A stretch of DNA of 64,000 nt from positions 744,001 to 808,000 of the forward strand of contig OZ287078.1 in the NCBI GenBank assembly GCA_965645245.1, given 5' to 3'. Source of the stretch: Massalongia carnosa (taxonomy: Eukaryota). Below the pieces are notes generated by a model. That model was given only the letters and a program-made list of their open reading frames with translations. It did no database searches and was not told the DNA's origin. Shown one piece after another: positions 1 to 12,728 of this stretch. Position numbers and translations under genes: made by a program. How positions within the stretch are numbered: position 1 is the stretch's first letter; each line of letters opens with the position of its first letter.

Positions 1-808
1 TCAACCTTTGAAAATGTAGATATGGGATCGGAAGCACAGTAAATCATAGCCTTAACAGAGGGATCCTCAATAAGTTTTTCCACTGCACCAGCTCGAAGGG
101 CGATCTTCACGTCGAATTGGTCTCTTGTAGCTTCTCGGACTACCGCTTCAGTGATTAATCACGGATGTCAAAGAATGAAACCTTTATATGGGTGATTGCA
201 AGTAGAACCAACCTTTGCATTCCATTACCGATGTCAGCGGTTCGAGTATAGAGTAGAACGGACTGTCCTTAAACAAAATGTGTGCTGGATCCTGTCAGTC
301 TAATGATAACCGGTGTACAAGCAAAGAATCATACGTGGTCCATAAGCCGGGGATGTTACCGTTGCTGCCAAGACTGACGGCCGTGCAAGACCTTTTGGTA
401 ACGTATATTGGGGCTGATTTGAACGTGATGACATGCTTTTGGGTAGATTTTGCTGGTTTGCGGGCGATATTGGAACCTGACCGTCCGGATTGTTGATTAG
501 AGCTCTGAGGTAAGTGTAGCCTCCGATATTCCTATCATTTACGTATTGCTCAATTTCTGCGGTCCCAAGGATATATTAGCCCACATGCCCGAAAGTGGCA
601 GAAGAGATAGAGCAATGCTTAATTTGGTAAATATCACAGCAGATTTCTAAAAAGAGGACTTACGTGTAATGATACGCTCTTGCATGGCAGCCTTCACTCC
701 AGAAACCGCGAGCCCTTCTTTTTTCAGGACAGACTTGAGTTGTGCATTGATAAGAATTTTCACCTTTGCGATTACAGTAGGGGCGTCATGGAATCCGGGT
801 GAAGCCAT
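1..808 (-). CDS. SIZ1: SIZ1/PIAS-family SUMO E3 ligase, 5' part (SAP + PINIT regions), multi-exon, runs off the window
   Basis: Manual minus-strand translation from ATG 808: MASPGFHDAPTVIAKVKILINAQLKSVLKKEGLAVSGVKAAMQERII (SAP-like), then a GTAAGT intron. Later exons give FKDSPFYSILEPLTSVMECK and AMIYCASDPISTFSKV (PINIT-like). Confidence 0.8.
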
Positions 809-1196
809 CTCTTTAAAATTCTTGGAAGGTCTTAAATGTTCTTCTCGGAAAGAACCAAAAAGTGTTTAGGGGACCTTAATAGGCTTGAGAAATCGCCTTG
901 ATGTCGAGTAGAAACATATACTGGATGCGATCACAATTCCAGTTCTGAAACATTGAGTTTGATACAGTACTTAGATCCATGTGATGTTGGGCGCATTTTG
1001 AGCGTAATACGAAGAAGAGAACCTAGCAGGTGAAGCAGCGACCTCGGAAGCCTGCTAATACGCATTAAATGGCCGTGTGATAGACGAATCTAATCGTCAC
1101 GTTTGCTGATCACAGAATTACCAAAAAGACGACAGATTTGTAGAGGGGGAGGAATTTATGGGGTTATCTATGCGGTTGCTAAAATTGACAGCTCTG

Positions 1197-1222
1197 TACT
1201 CCGTATATATTATGTGACGTCA
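1197..1222. promoter_or_regulatory. Candidate motifs in the divergent SIZ1/DUF2423 promoter: TACTCCGTA (1197-1205) and CRE/ATF-like TGACGTCA (1215-1222)
   Basis: Exact motifs seen between two divergent ATGs. TACTCCGTA recurs in the MSW1 promoter. Function is inferred. Confidence 0.35.
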
Positions 1223-1384
1223 GCATGATCTAGGTGTAGAGTATTGAACTCATTTATAGACTGTAAATTTATGTTTTAGTGTTCGTTTTGACACTTAAAT
1301 CTTAAAACATATCAACTCTTGCCCGTCTCTCAATGTGAGTAGGATTTTTACGACCTTCCTTCCGCAAATCCTCTTTAGCTCAGG

Positions 1385-1902
1385 ATGGCGAAAGGTCTAC
1401 GATCGAGCAAGAAGAAGGTCAACAAGTTGGCTCTACGGCATAGGGTTTTTGGTCCCGTAGAAGATGCAAGGAAAGAGAGACTCTCCACAAAACTGCTAGA
1501 ACTGGCTTCGAAGCCAAAAGCAAGGATTGCAGAAGAAGAACAAGAAGAAGAGGACATGAAGGTGGTCAATAGTGATCAAGGTTGGGGAAAATCATTTTTT
1601 GTTAAAGACTGTTCCGAAACTAAATACTATTGAATAGAATCTACAGAGCAGAAGACAAAGGATACCCACACGTTAGCTACAATTTCTGGTGAAGGTTTGT
1701 CTTGTTGTGTGGATCTCATTCTAGTCGGATCGTGCGAGTTATGCTAATTAAGACCTTGGTTTGTCATACAGACATGGAGGTTGATGAACCTAGAAATGCT
1801 GCTGCTTCGGCACTGAAGAAGTCAGGACGACTACAAAAACGGGGGCGTATGAAAGCAAGGGTTAGCGTGGTGTTTCCTCGCTACAAAAAGGGAAAGAAAT
1901 GA
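1385..1902 (+). CDS. DUF2423 (YBL028C-like) small basic protein, about 3 exons
   Basis: MAKGLRSSKKKVNKLALRHRVFGPVEDARKERLSTKLLELASKPK N-terminus and a basic C-terminal exon ending VVFPRYKKGKK*. GT..AG introns at about 1581-1637 and 1695-1772. Confidence 0.75.
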
Positions 1903-2662
1903 GATCAAGTTGAAAGCACTGGAAACAACAACAAGTTTCGTCACCCTACAACGATTCCAAGAATCCTGTTCCTTCTACTAGCGGCAGCCATTGAGTTGGT
2001 TAGCAATCTTTCATGAATTATAAGTTCCCAAACTTCTGTCCAGAGATCTACATTTACGTGCATTGGATTTTCATTCGGTTTTTTATAACCGAGCAGTTTT
2101 GAATAAAAAATTTGGGTGTGCTTTATATGTGTTCCTCGAAGAGTTAAAGAACTTATTCGGCACCCAAGCTCATAAAGATTAAAGTTTCGGCCAAGCTATC
2201 TATCATATAGCGATCTGGTGCGGAGTTACGCAACTAGAGGTTCATCCCTTAGAGTCTATTTATCAAATAGCTGAGAGCTTTGCAGCGGGGACTTTGATAT
2301 TGCTGCAAGATATTATGCTAGGTGCACACTCGAGATCTTCATATGCAACATTTGTTAGGACATACCCGCCTTGGCCCTGCCATGAAAATCCTTCGACTAA
2401 AGTCCATACACCACGAACGCTGAATTAACACTTGCATATCTCTCACGCAACAGAGCAGGCGTAGTTAGCCTAACAAGAAGTGTGATCAGCTAGTATTAGC
2501 GTTGTAATCTCCAACCGTGCTTACGATTCCAAAAGCGAGCGATACATAACAGAAGCTCATCTTGAAAGTGTAGACAAACATCTTACTCCTTACGATTAGC
2601 TCCATAGCCAAAGAAATCTTGTTGAACTTCCCTTGGGTTTAAAGTACGAAAGATCCAGAGGA

Positions 2663-5651
2663 TTAGTAACCATCATAACTTGACTGAGGATAACCTCTAG
2701 GTCTTTCATAGGAACTACCAGGATAGAGATGATTCAAGTCATTCTTGATGTTGTGATGATCGTAGTCGAGGTCATATGCATCCTCCATTTCCGCGAGACG
2801 GGTTCCTCTATCATACTGCGAGCGCCGACGTCGTTGCTCATCTCGAAAATTTTGTCCAGCCCTCGGAGCGAAGAGCCCTGCTCAGCAATCCTATTAGCTA
2901 GAGTTGATTAGAGTAGGGCAAAGGTCTTCACTACTCGCCAACATGTTCGGCGTTCTCAACGCTGCGTCGCATCTTTGACGGGTTATCTGGTCCTGGAAAC
3001 TTGTCCTCGGTGCCTGATAGGGAGCCTTGACCAGTGTGAAATATCTGTATCAATTTAGCTATTGGCCTAAGAAGTCTGACTTGGGTAACCATTACCTTTG
3101 GCCGGAACGACGGATGCTCCAACATGACGGAGCTGTTGCGGAATTTTTGGACGAGGCAATCTCTACCTTGAATAGCTGAATATTCAATAAGTAGAGCACG
3201 TAAGTTGTGGCAGTGGTGGGCTTACTAGCATAGGAGACTTCGGCGACCTTGTCACTATTGTAGCGATTCCTGATATCAGATTAGCAGGACTTTCACCGAA
3301 TAGTAACGTTTCTATCCAACCAGCGATGACCTGCTCGAGCAGTGACGAACTGATTTCATTTAGTCTATGAGTTTGGATTTGTGGCACCTTATACATACGT
3401 CGATAATGTCAATCGGCTGCTCTACATTAACGGTTTGCCAAGTAACAAATAGGTTCAAGACAACATACATCCTCAAAATTAATGAAAGCATAGCCAACGC
3501 TGAGAATATTAGCCAAGCACGACCTCAGACCTCAAATTTTCTTCGGGCAAAATCATACTTGCAGTTATTTGCGAAATCTATTACATCACCGTTAATAAAA
3601 ACCGACCATTGCTGCAACTGAATCTTACATACCAATTCGTAGGTACATGAAGTCATATTTGCCGAGGCTTGTCTCGTCAACAATATCCTTCAGCATTGCC
3701 TTGCAAGAGGTATTAGCTTGGAAAGAACAAGGGATCCACGGGATGAAATGGTTATGCGACTCACTTGATCAATCTTGTTCGGTATATTGCGTAACATAAT
3801 CTGCCGTTTTTGTTCAGTATAAATTTAATCATCAGGTTTGAACCCTTACAGTAGTGCGGACGTCTGTCCCCAGCCGAATCCGCTCAACGTCTACCACATT
3901 ATGATGCCCAGAAGAAAAATCGTGACTTTGACGCCCGGCGGACTTTCCTGAGGATCTTTGCTGGTGGACATACTGCCCAGAACGTGCTTGTGGATAATGC
4001 GGAGATCCACGCTCCTGTCCTACAGCTCCAGGATTTAAAGCTGCCCACGGCGAATGCGGTCCAAAATCGGAGTAGGGGCTATATCCAGGGCTCCAGGGCG
4101 AACTTTGGCTAGAGCTCCGGGGGGTAAAGCCTTGTCCATGTTCTTCTGGGGATGGTATTAATTGCCCGCTCTGAAACTCCGAGCGGCAGCCCAGGGATCG
4201 ATCAGCAGAATTAGGGTGGAAGACTGGTGAGGCCAACGGAGATGTTAAGTATTCTGCATTGTAGATTCCACGGCAGCTACCAAGAGTAAGATTTCCGAAT
4301 GACCTCACTATGGTTGAATCCGATTCCCCAACGATAAGGGGACCATTGCTTTTGAAGCACCCGAGGGAGGAACGAGCAACATCAGGCGTAAATCGCATAA
4401 TAGTAAGAGTGCAGCCCTTCAAATATTAGCGACCTAATGTACTCCCGAGATTCGGAATACATACACCAATTTTGAAACCGCTCAGATACGCCAGCGCGCT
4501 ACCTGCTGCAGTTGTATCGTAAAATTCAGCTCGGTAGATTCCAATTAGCTCGTTTGCTGTATTAGCCTCAAAACCCATGAGCTCCCCATAATTCTCTAAG
4601 AGCTCTTTGATCAGATAGCCGATGGTCCCAGCATCAAATCGCTGACGAGGCCCTGTGAACTCGGCCTTGATTACCACTTGACCACCATACATTGATAACG
4701 GAGTGTAGTTCAAACTCTCGGCTTGATACTTTAAGCCCCCTTTTGTCCCAGCAATATACTGCACACTCCACTCTATATGAACGCTCCGGACCTTCGCATA
4801 TGCTTTGTGTGCATCACGAATGTCAGTAAAATTGACAAAGATTGTCCCATTAAGGCTCAACTCCGCAAGAGCTAAATGCTTTAGCGAACAAAACGTATCT
4901 GTCTATAAGGGGGTTAACGACCAGATGGCTGAAGAGTTCAAGGACAGCATACACTAAAGAATGCATCAACATCCTGAACAGAAGTCTTTCGAGGTATTTG
5001 ACTGATCACTAAAGATCTCGAAGTCTCGCCCTCAGAAGAGAACTGGCCTATCTTGATGAGATCCATTTCAACATTTCCGTCACCTATAGATGGCACGACC
5101 GAGTTTGGTCGAGTAACAGTAGATGCTGGGAATTGAGAGCTAACAAAGCTTGTATGCTTCTCCAACCCACAATTTATGGAGGGAGAGACAGCGCTCGACA
5201 TAGAGATAGTATGACCAAGGTATAGAGTGCTTGTCTGAGCTTCAGACTTCTGGACAGCAATCTTTGAATTGTTAGGGATTGTACCGGTAAGTGCATGGCC
5301 CTGGTATTTGAAGGGTGTAAAGCTAGAGGCAACTGGAGACAGTTTGGGTGCATCATTAGGACCTCTACTGCTAGCTTCAAGGCTAAGGTTCGTAACGAAA
5401 GGATCTTGAGAGGCACTGAGAGTAAGGTTTTGCAGTCTGGCCCGCGGGCTGGACCTTGCATGGTGATGGCCGAGGGAGAAAGCTGGTGGGAGATTCGATC
5501 TAACAAGCCCATATTCGCTGGCTTTTGGCTGAGTTTGACCATCTTCCGGAGAGAAGGCACTCAGTTTTGTTTCTGGGGTGCCGTGAGGAGATTCCATCTC
5601 CTCCGATGAGTTTGGGCTGCTAGAGGCAGGGCGTTGCTGGAGGGAGTCCAT
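2663..5651 (-). CDS. mei2: Mei2-like RNA-binding protein (C-terminal RRM_2), many introns
   Basis: Spliced exons give VDVERIRLGTDVRTTIMLRNIPNKIDQ..GKYDFMYLRIDFANNCNVGYAFINFED..NSDKVAEVSYATIQGRDCLVQKFRNSSVMLEHPSFRPK. ATG 5651 (MDSLQQRP), stop TAA 2665-2663. Confidence 0.88.
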
Positions 5652-6630
5652 TGTTGCTACTACGATTTGCTCTCGATAACTTAACATCAAAAAATCTAGT
5701 ACAGGAAGAAGTAATCAAGCTTTAGAGCCGAATTAGGCACCATATGATGGTGGGAATCTATGTTGTATGCAATAATGGCTGAGCTGCTAGTAGAGGCCAA
5801 CAAATGGGTGTTGAGGCTTGGCCGAGGTTAGATGAAATATGAAGTCTCGAAAGAAATATGATAGGATGGCCGGACAAAGAACGAGGAAAGGCGTTGCAGA
5901 ATACGAAGCTAGAAAGGTACCGATTGGAATAGGCATCCTGTCTAGATCTAATATGAACCTGGTATCTAGGTACCGACGCAAATGTGTATGAATAAGGTAG
6001 GTGGCTAAAGGTACAAACGGTAAAAGGACGGTTGGAATACTCGACCAAGCCCTAATTCTTACCCGTTAAGGCTAGGGAGGTTAGGAAAGCTGTACACAAA
6101 CATCTTAGAGTTGAACCATGGTACGGAACCTTGAGGCTAGAATTAACGAGATAACACGAACAAAGAGAAAAGATAAAAGGAGGTACATGACGGCGGCCGC
6201 TACAGCTTTCGACGTTACGATTTCTCGGGTTAGAGAGGTAGGTAGATAGTCGTAAGGCGCCGTTCAATTTAAGAAAGATCTAGTTAAAATACCTAACTCT
6301 TAATGGACTGATAAGAACATTTAGTTCAGTCCTTTCAGATCATCGCATAAACAGAAGAGCGACAAGTCATCGACTGATTATCATGTTTCCAAACTGCATC
6401 GTTACTTGTCGTACTGTACCGTTATCATAGCTGAGGATGAAGCAGTCATACCGATGTCTGGCGGGTAAATAACTAACGGGTCGAAGTACCTTGGACTAAC
6501 TAGCCGCCCTCAAGCGAAAATCCCTGAATGGCAGCTTCATAGTGCTCATGTAGCTAGGTGAACATATCATTTCCTCAATCTTGAACTTCCTCAGTATTCC
6601 AGATTTAGTAGTTAGACCTAACGTTACAGA

Positions 6631-9600
6631 ATGTCATCGTTTGTTTCAATAACATCCTTACTTTTTGCGAATATTCTAACGCCGGTGGGACTTTTGATTT
6701 TCGCTACAGGCTTTTTTCCTTATAAACCTTTTCTTCCTGGCATCGCAACCTTTGATCATGTATCAAATAATGAAAGAATAGTGCCGTTGTTTGACAAGGT
6801 CATCTTCATGGTCGTTGATGCGCTCAGAAGGTTGATACAAAGTGTTTTGATTGGCGTCGACTATCACTAAGTGTTCTCCAGTGATTTTGTCTATTCGCAC
6901 AACTCCGGGTTCGCCTTCACTCAAAGGTGTATAAATCAAGCCTCACAGGTTTCGAGCTAGAGACTGATGTAGTTCCTTTTAGTTTGATAAGGTCAGGCGA
7001 AGCTATACCTTTCACTGCCCATGCAACTTCACCCACCATTACCATGCCTCGAATAAAAGCAATTACAACTGGATCTATCCCTTCTTTTCTTGATGTTATC
7101 CTCAATTTCGCCGAATCAGATACAACATCAAACCTGACATATCAAGATAACTGGCTGGCACAGCTCAAAGCCAAAAAAGGGGGTAAATTAGTCATGTATG
7201 GCGACGATACATGGTTAAAACTATTTCCTGAAGTCTTTTCACGGAAAGAGGGGACTTCAAGTTTTTTTGTGTCGGTTAGTGAGTCCAGCATCGGGATCTA
7301 TAACGTCACAGTCACTAAAGTGTTATCAATCAGGATTTTACTGAAGTAGATAACAACGTGACCAGACATATTCCTGGGGAACTGAAGCAAGATGATTGGA
7401 ATGGTATGATCTTACACTATCTGGGGCTTGATCATATTGGTCACAAGTCCGGTCCAAGAAGGTAGGAGGAGTCGAATGGAATTTTATATGATTGCTGCTA
7501 ACTGACGGACAGCCCGAACATGATCCCTAAACAGCATGAGATGGACCGAATTGTCAAGCAGATTTATGAAGCCATTGAGAGCGAGAAGCACCTTCAATCC
7601 ACACTCCTGGTGCTTTGCGGCGACCATGGGATGAACGATGCGGGAAATCATGGGGGCTCTGCCGAGGGTGAGACCTCTACCGCGTTAGTTTTCCTATCTT
7701 CGAAACTCAAACCTATTTCCAAAAACCCACAGTGCCCCCAAGCTCTGCCGGAAGGGGGTTTCCAATATTATGATATGGTTGAACAGTCCGATATCACGCC
7801 GACCCTTGCTGGCCTGCTTGGGTTTCCCATACCATTGAATAACCTCGGAGTTTTTATCTCTAATTTTCTTCCTCTGTGGAGCGAAGGTGTGTGAGGTTGG
7901 ATATGATGTGAGGAATTGTTGATCCTGCTGACATATATAAAGAGAAGCAGGCTGAAATAATGCTACAAAATGCTTTGCAAATCCGTTCAATTGTTAAGGA
8001 GGTATCTATAGACATGGAGTCTAGAAATGGAACCGATTTAGATTGTGGGGAAGCAGGATCAGAGGCAGGGGTCATGGACTGCAAATGGTCAAAAGTTTCC
8101 GCAATACTCGAGACTATGGGCCGGCAATCTCGGTTAAAATGGCTAAGAGCTACAATTGAGGTATGTGCCATATCTGCTTGGTAAGAATAATTATTCTTTT
8201 AGGCTGACTCCACCCAGTTCTCGAGATTTGCACAGGCCCATCTAAGTAAATCAGCGAGCAAATACGATCTTTCAAGACTATATTGCGGGATTTGTGTTGT
8301 TTTGATTGCAGTCACGGCAGCAATTGTACCATTCGCAATGCGGATGGGATACTCCAAGCCCGCGCTCTTTTGCATATGTTTTCTCGGACTCCTTTACGGC
8401 ATCATGATGTTTGCCAGCAGCTATGTGGAGGAGGAGCAGTATTTCTGGTATTGGGTTGCCTCAAGCTGGTGCGGATGGCTGTTCTTCAGAGGGTGGGTGG
8501 CATGAAGTCTCTGCTTGCCTGTCGTTGAAGTTGACGACTCAATAGCACCGGTGCCAAGAATGGCGTGGTTCATGGTGACTTTCCATCACTGATTCTGCTA
8601 CTCCTAGTTCGTGTGCTTCGCAGGTGGAATCAAACCGGCCAAAAACATGCCGGGGCATCTGATATTTCCCAACAGATTCTGCCCAATCATACCTTCTCAT
8701 TGTGGTTTCTCGTCGTGGTGACATATTTGGATATCGCACGGCGCTTAACAGGAGCTAAATTTTCTGTGCTCCCTCGCAATATATCTTTTCCTGTGTTCGC
8801 CACCTTGTGCCTGGCTGCCTTGATTTTCAAGGCTGCTTTTACTCACGCCGATGCCCCGGAGCTTTTGTTTGGCATTCCTCAGCCTCTTATTGGTTTATTG
8901 GGGAAAATATCATTGGTGGTCCAGAGTAGGTTATTATTTTTAGGTATTGGAACGGCCGTCTGTTTAGCGATCTTTACAAAAATCTTTCACACAAGAACAT
9001 CGAACAAAGGCAATTCTACAAGTAAGTGGCAATCCTAAACATTCAATATACAGCCTGAAGAGTGTCATAGCGATTTCAACCCATCTCCACGACCTGCTCG
9101 CGCTTTTCCTAATCACCCAATCGCGGCTCACCAACATCCCCCTATTTCTCCTCTTCAACACATTCTATCACGTCCTCGCAGCTATCGACGCCACGGTCAC
9201 AGAAACCACGCTGACGTCCCTAATCCTCCAATACACGAGTTTCTTCGCGTTTGGCGGGTCCAACGCTATCTCGTCCATTGACCTTTCCAACTCGTATAAT
9301 GGCGTGGATACGTATCGTGTTATGGCGGTGGCAATACTGGTATTCTGCTCCAATTGGGCAGGACCTTTGTGGTGGATGTCTGCCACGATGATGCTTTTAC
9401 TGAGGAAGCGCGAGCTAGGAGAGGAACATGTCTTGCGCCGGCATCTGTTGTTGCTGACCGTGTTTAACGCTGCTAGTGTTCTGGCTATCATGCTCGCATG
9501 CACCGCGTTAAGGACGCATCTTTTTATATGGAGTGTTTTTTCACCTAAGTATTTATATAGTATTGCATGGAGTGTTGGGCAGCATCTCTTTGCCAATGTG

Positions 9601-9639
9601 CTATTTGGGGGATTTCTATTCTGGATCGGAACTGTGTAA
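6631..9639 (+). CDS. GPI7: GPI ethanolamine-phosphate transferase 2 (GPI7/LAS21/PIG-G), multi-exon
   Basis: FATGFFPYKPFLPG, FDKVIFMVVDALR, SPTITMPRIKAITTGSIPSFLD, YGDDTWLKLFP, HYLGLDHIGHK, LCGDHGMNDAGNHGGS, SSYVEEEQYFWYW, LRTHLFIWSVFSPKYLY. Confidence 0.93.
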
Positions 9640-9740
9640 GCAAAAAAAAGATACCAAGATGCAATAAATACAGCCATCGAGTTAACAGAATGAGATTACT
9701 ATGATTGCGAAATTGACTTTGGCCATCTTAGGAAATATCT

Positions 9741-11160
9741 CTAAGAAGAGATAGACTCCAAACCCACTGCATGTCTCACTTTACCCATGGTGATGTTTGC
9801 CTTTTCTCGTGCCCGTTTTGCACCTTCGAGAGCGATAGACTCGAAATAGCCACTGTTCTCAACTTCCATGAGACTGTGATAATTTTTCCTAATGTCTGCC
9901 AGGCCATCCACTACTATTGTAGCTACCTTCTCCTTAAACTCGCGCATCGTTAAATCGCGGCATGATCGAGCAAGGTCTTCAACTGAGCCATGCTGTGGGT
10001 TCATATATGCCGCTATAGCCAAAAGGTTAGAAACACCAGGTCTTTTAAGCTCATCAAAAGACACCCCTGATACTGAATCGGTCAGTGCAAGTTTGATCTT
10101 CAGACTGATATCTTCTGGAGTATCAGTAATGAGTATCCGAGACCGGTCATCGTCGTGAGACTTGGACATCTTCAAGGACGGTTCCTTCAGAGACATAACA
10201 CGCTTTGCCGGTGCTAGCACGCCTATCAGCATCATCTCTCGGGACTCACCGACAAGCTCCGGACGTACAAAGCATTACTTCTGGTTTCGATAATACTGCA
10301 CCATGCAGAGCATTGAAATTTATTGCACATTCTCGGGCAAATTCTATGTGCTGGACCTGATCCTGTCCTACAGGAACGTGCGTAGTCCTAAGATAAGAGA
10401 TTTAAGTCCCCGTTTCTCACAGATCAGACCCCAAAACCCACCCGTAGAGTAGTATATCCGCAGCTTGCAACACAGGGTATGAGAATAGGCCTAGTTTCAG
10501 AACTGCTTTTGCGTTGTGATCCAGCAACGAAGCTTGGTGGGGAAGTGCAAGTTTGGACTTCCAACTATCAATATTTGGGTAACCTTAATCAAGCCCGTTG
10601 AGTTTTCAAGGCTCACCTTCCACTGTGTCATTCGGGAAAGAAAGCCCGCAGACGCCGTACAGCTAAGAATCCACATCAGCTCGGCATGAGCTGGCACCTA
10701 GATCCACAGAAAAGTAAATTCAATATGCAAAGTCCATAGTCGCAGCCTCCCATCGTCGGATAGGCCATACCGAAGACTGGAAAAAAACTGTCGAACGCGT
10801 GGGGTCAAGTCCCGCCGCCAGTAACGTCGCAAGAGTCTGACGCTTCCATTTCCGTAGCTGCATCGCATCTTGATTAACTGTGATGGCGTGAAGATCCACA
10901 ATGGAGAAGAGAAGCTGGGTGGTGGGTGGCGCCTCATTTTGCAATCGAACCCATCGTTGCACAGCGCCAAAGTAATTGCCCAAATGAGGAGCGCCGGTTG
11001 GCTGAATGCCGGAGAAGATGATAGATGGGGAAATAGAAAAAGTGGAGTAATATTTCGAGGGCGAAGAAGAGCGGATGGTTCGATAAAGCTTGTTAAACTT
11101 AAGTTTGGTTAATGAAAAAGGCAGTGAGCTTCTGAGTTGAGGGTTGAGGTTTGAGAGCAT
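9741..11160 (-). CDS. MSW1: Mitochondrial tryptophanyl-tRNA synthetase, multi-exon
   Basis: Basic Ser-rich presequence from ATG 11160, FSGIQPTGAPHLGNY (HIGH motif), IVDLHAIT, VPVGQDQVQHIE, KMSKS, RPGVSNL. Converges on GPI7 with a 101-bp gap. Confidence 0.92.
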
Positions 11161-11197
11161 TACAATTGAATAGAGATAGCAAACGTTAGTCAAAAGA

Positions 11198-11213
11198 TAC
11201 GGAGTACTCCGTA
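11198..11213. promoter_or_regulatory. Perfect 16-bp palindrome TACGGAGTACTCCGTA in the MSW1 proximal promoter
   Basis: Directly visible. Two overlapping copies of the TACTCCGTA motif also seen at 1197. Confidence 0.45.
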
Positions 11214-12728
11214 CTCACCACAGGTTAACTCACTAACGTCTTAGCCACCATTCGGGCCAGCCACCCAATCGGGCCACCACTCGAAATCTAGTAGCTGAAT
11301 ATTAATCTTTTCCTTCCAATCCACCATCATCACTCCTTTATCGATAAACTATATATAAAATGCCAAAAAACATACCCGTACATGACTCTGCTACTAGATT
11401 ACAGTTGGCCATTGAAGAAATACGCAAAAACCCGGGCATTTCGCAGCGGGAGATAGCGCGCATTTACGGAGTTTCCCGATCGACCTTACAGGCCCGTCTT
11501 CGAGGCACAAAAACTTCTTATGAGGCCACTCAAAGACTATCAGTAAAAGAAGAACAGGGCTTGATCACGTGAATATATCGGACGACTGCATGGGGTTGGC
11601 CACCTAGTTATTCAACACCTTGAGGGCATGACCAAAAGTCTGCTGAAAGCAAAAGGGGACTCAGAACCCCTAGAACATCATTGATATAAAAATTTCATGA
11701 ATAGACATCTTCAATTCAGAACTAAATTTAAAAGAAACTTGGATCAATTCAGAAAAGACGCAAGTCATCCCAAAATCCTAAAGGAATGGTTTGAACTGTA
11801 TATGATCACTCGAGCAAAGTATAGAGTCGTAGATGAAGATATTTACAATATGAATGAAAAGGGTTTTGCCATGGGCATTGCGGATAGTTCTAAAGTGATA
11901 GTCAAGAGGAAAACATTTTCATTTAATATGCATCCAGAGAATAGGGACTGGGTTTCTTTAATCGAATGCATATCCTCTCGCGGAACAGTTCTCCCTGCTT
12001 ATATCATTTTCCAGGATAGTCAGATTCAAAAAGATTGATTAGAAGTCATTGCTGATCCTTTGGCCACTCTGCAAGTCAGTCCTAATTGTTGAACGGATGC
12101 AGAGATAGGTTTTCATTGATTAGAACATGTCTTTCATCGGCAGACAAAACGCACACAGGGGATTTATAGAATGTTGATTGTGGATTATCATGAAAGTCAT
12201 ATATTCATGAACTTTATTAAGTTCTGCGACCAGGAGAAAATCATAGCCCTTTGTTTGTCACCTCATTCTACTCATCTATTGCAGCCATTAGATGTGGGTA
12301 TTTTTGGCCCGCTATATAAGGCTTATAAGACGCTTGTTTCTGCGCGGTCTTGTTACGGGGCCGTAAATGTCTCGAAACTGGAGTTCCCATACCTTATTCA
12401 GGAGTCTAGAGAGCAAGCTATGACGTTCATCAATATCATGAATGCATGGCGGGGGCAGGTCTTATTCCATACAGTCTCGAGTGTATTTTAGGCAAATTGC
12501 CTAGATCTATCATTCCTTCACCTCGCGACATCGTCATCACTACCCTCACAACGAACAAACCCATTCAGGTAGCTAGCGATGCTTTGTTAACTCGTGTACA
12601 GTACTAGGACATAAGTCTCCGCGAAAGAGGGGTTTACACCAAAACCCATCATGTTCACACACCGATAAAATTGCCTTTTCAGTCTACAAATTCGTTGGAA
12701 TTAAAACGTATTATGAAGAATCAGTTGA

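Noticed and set aside
11570..12119. UGA=Trp recoding or mitochondrial origin of the pogo transposase
   Set aside because: TGG is also used, frameshifts are present, and the sister element has TGG at these sites. Mutation is the simpler explanation.
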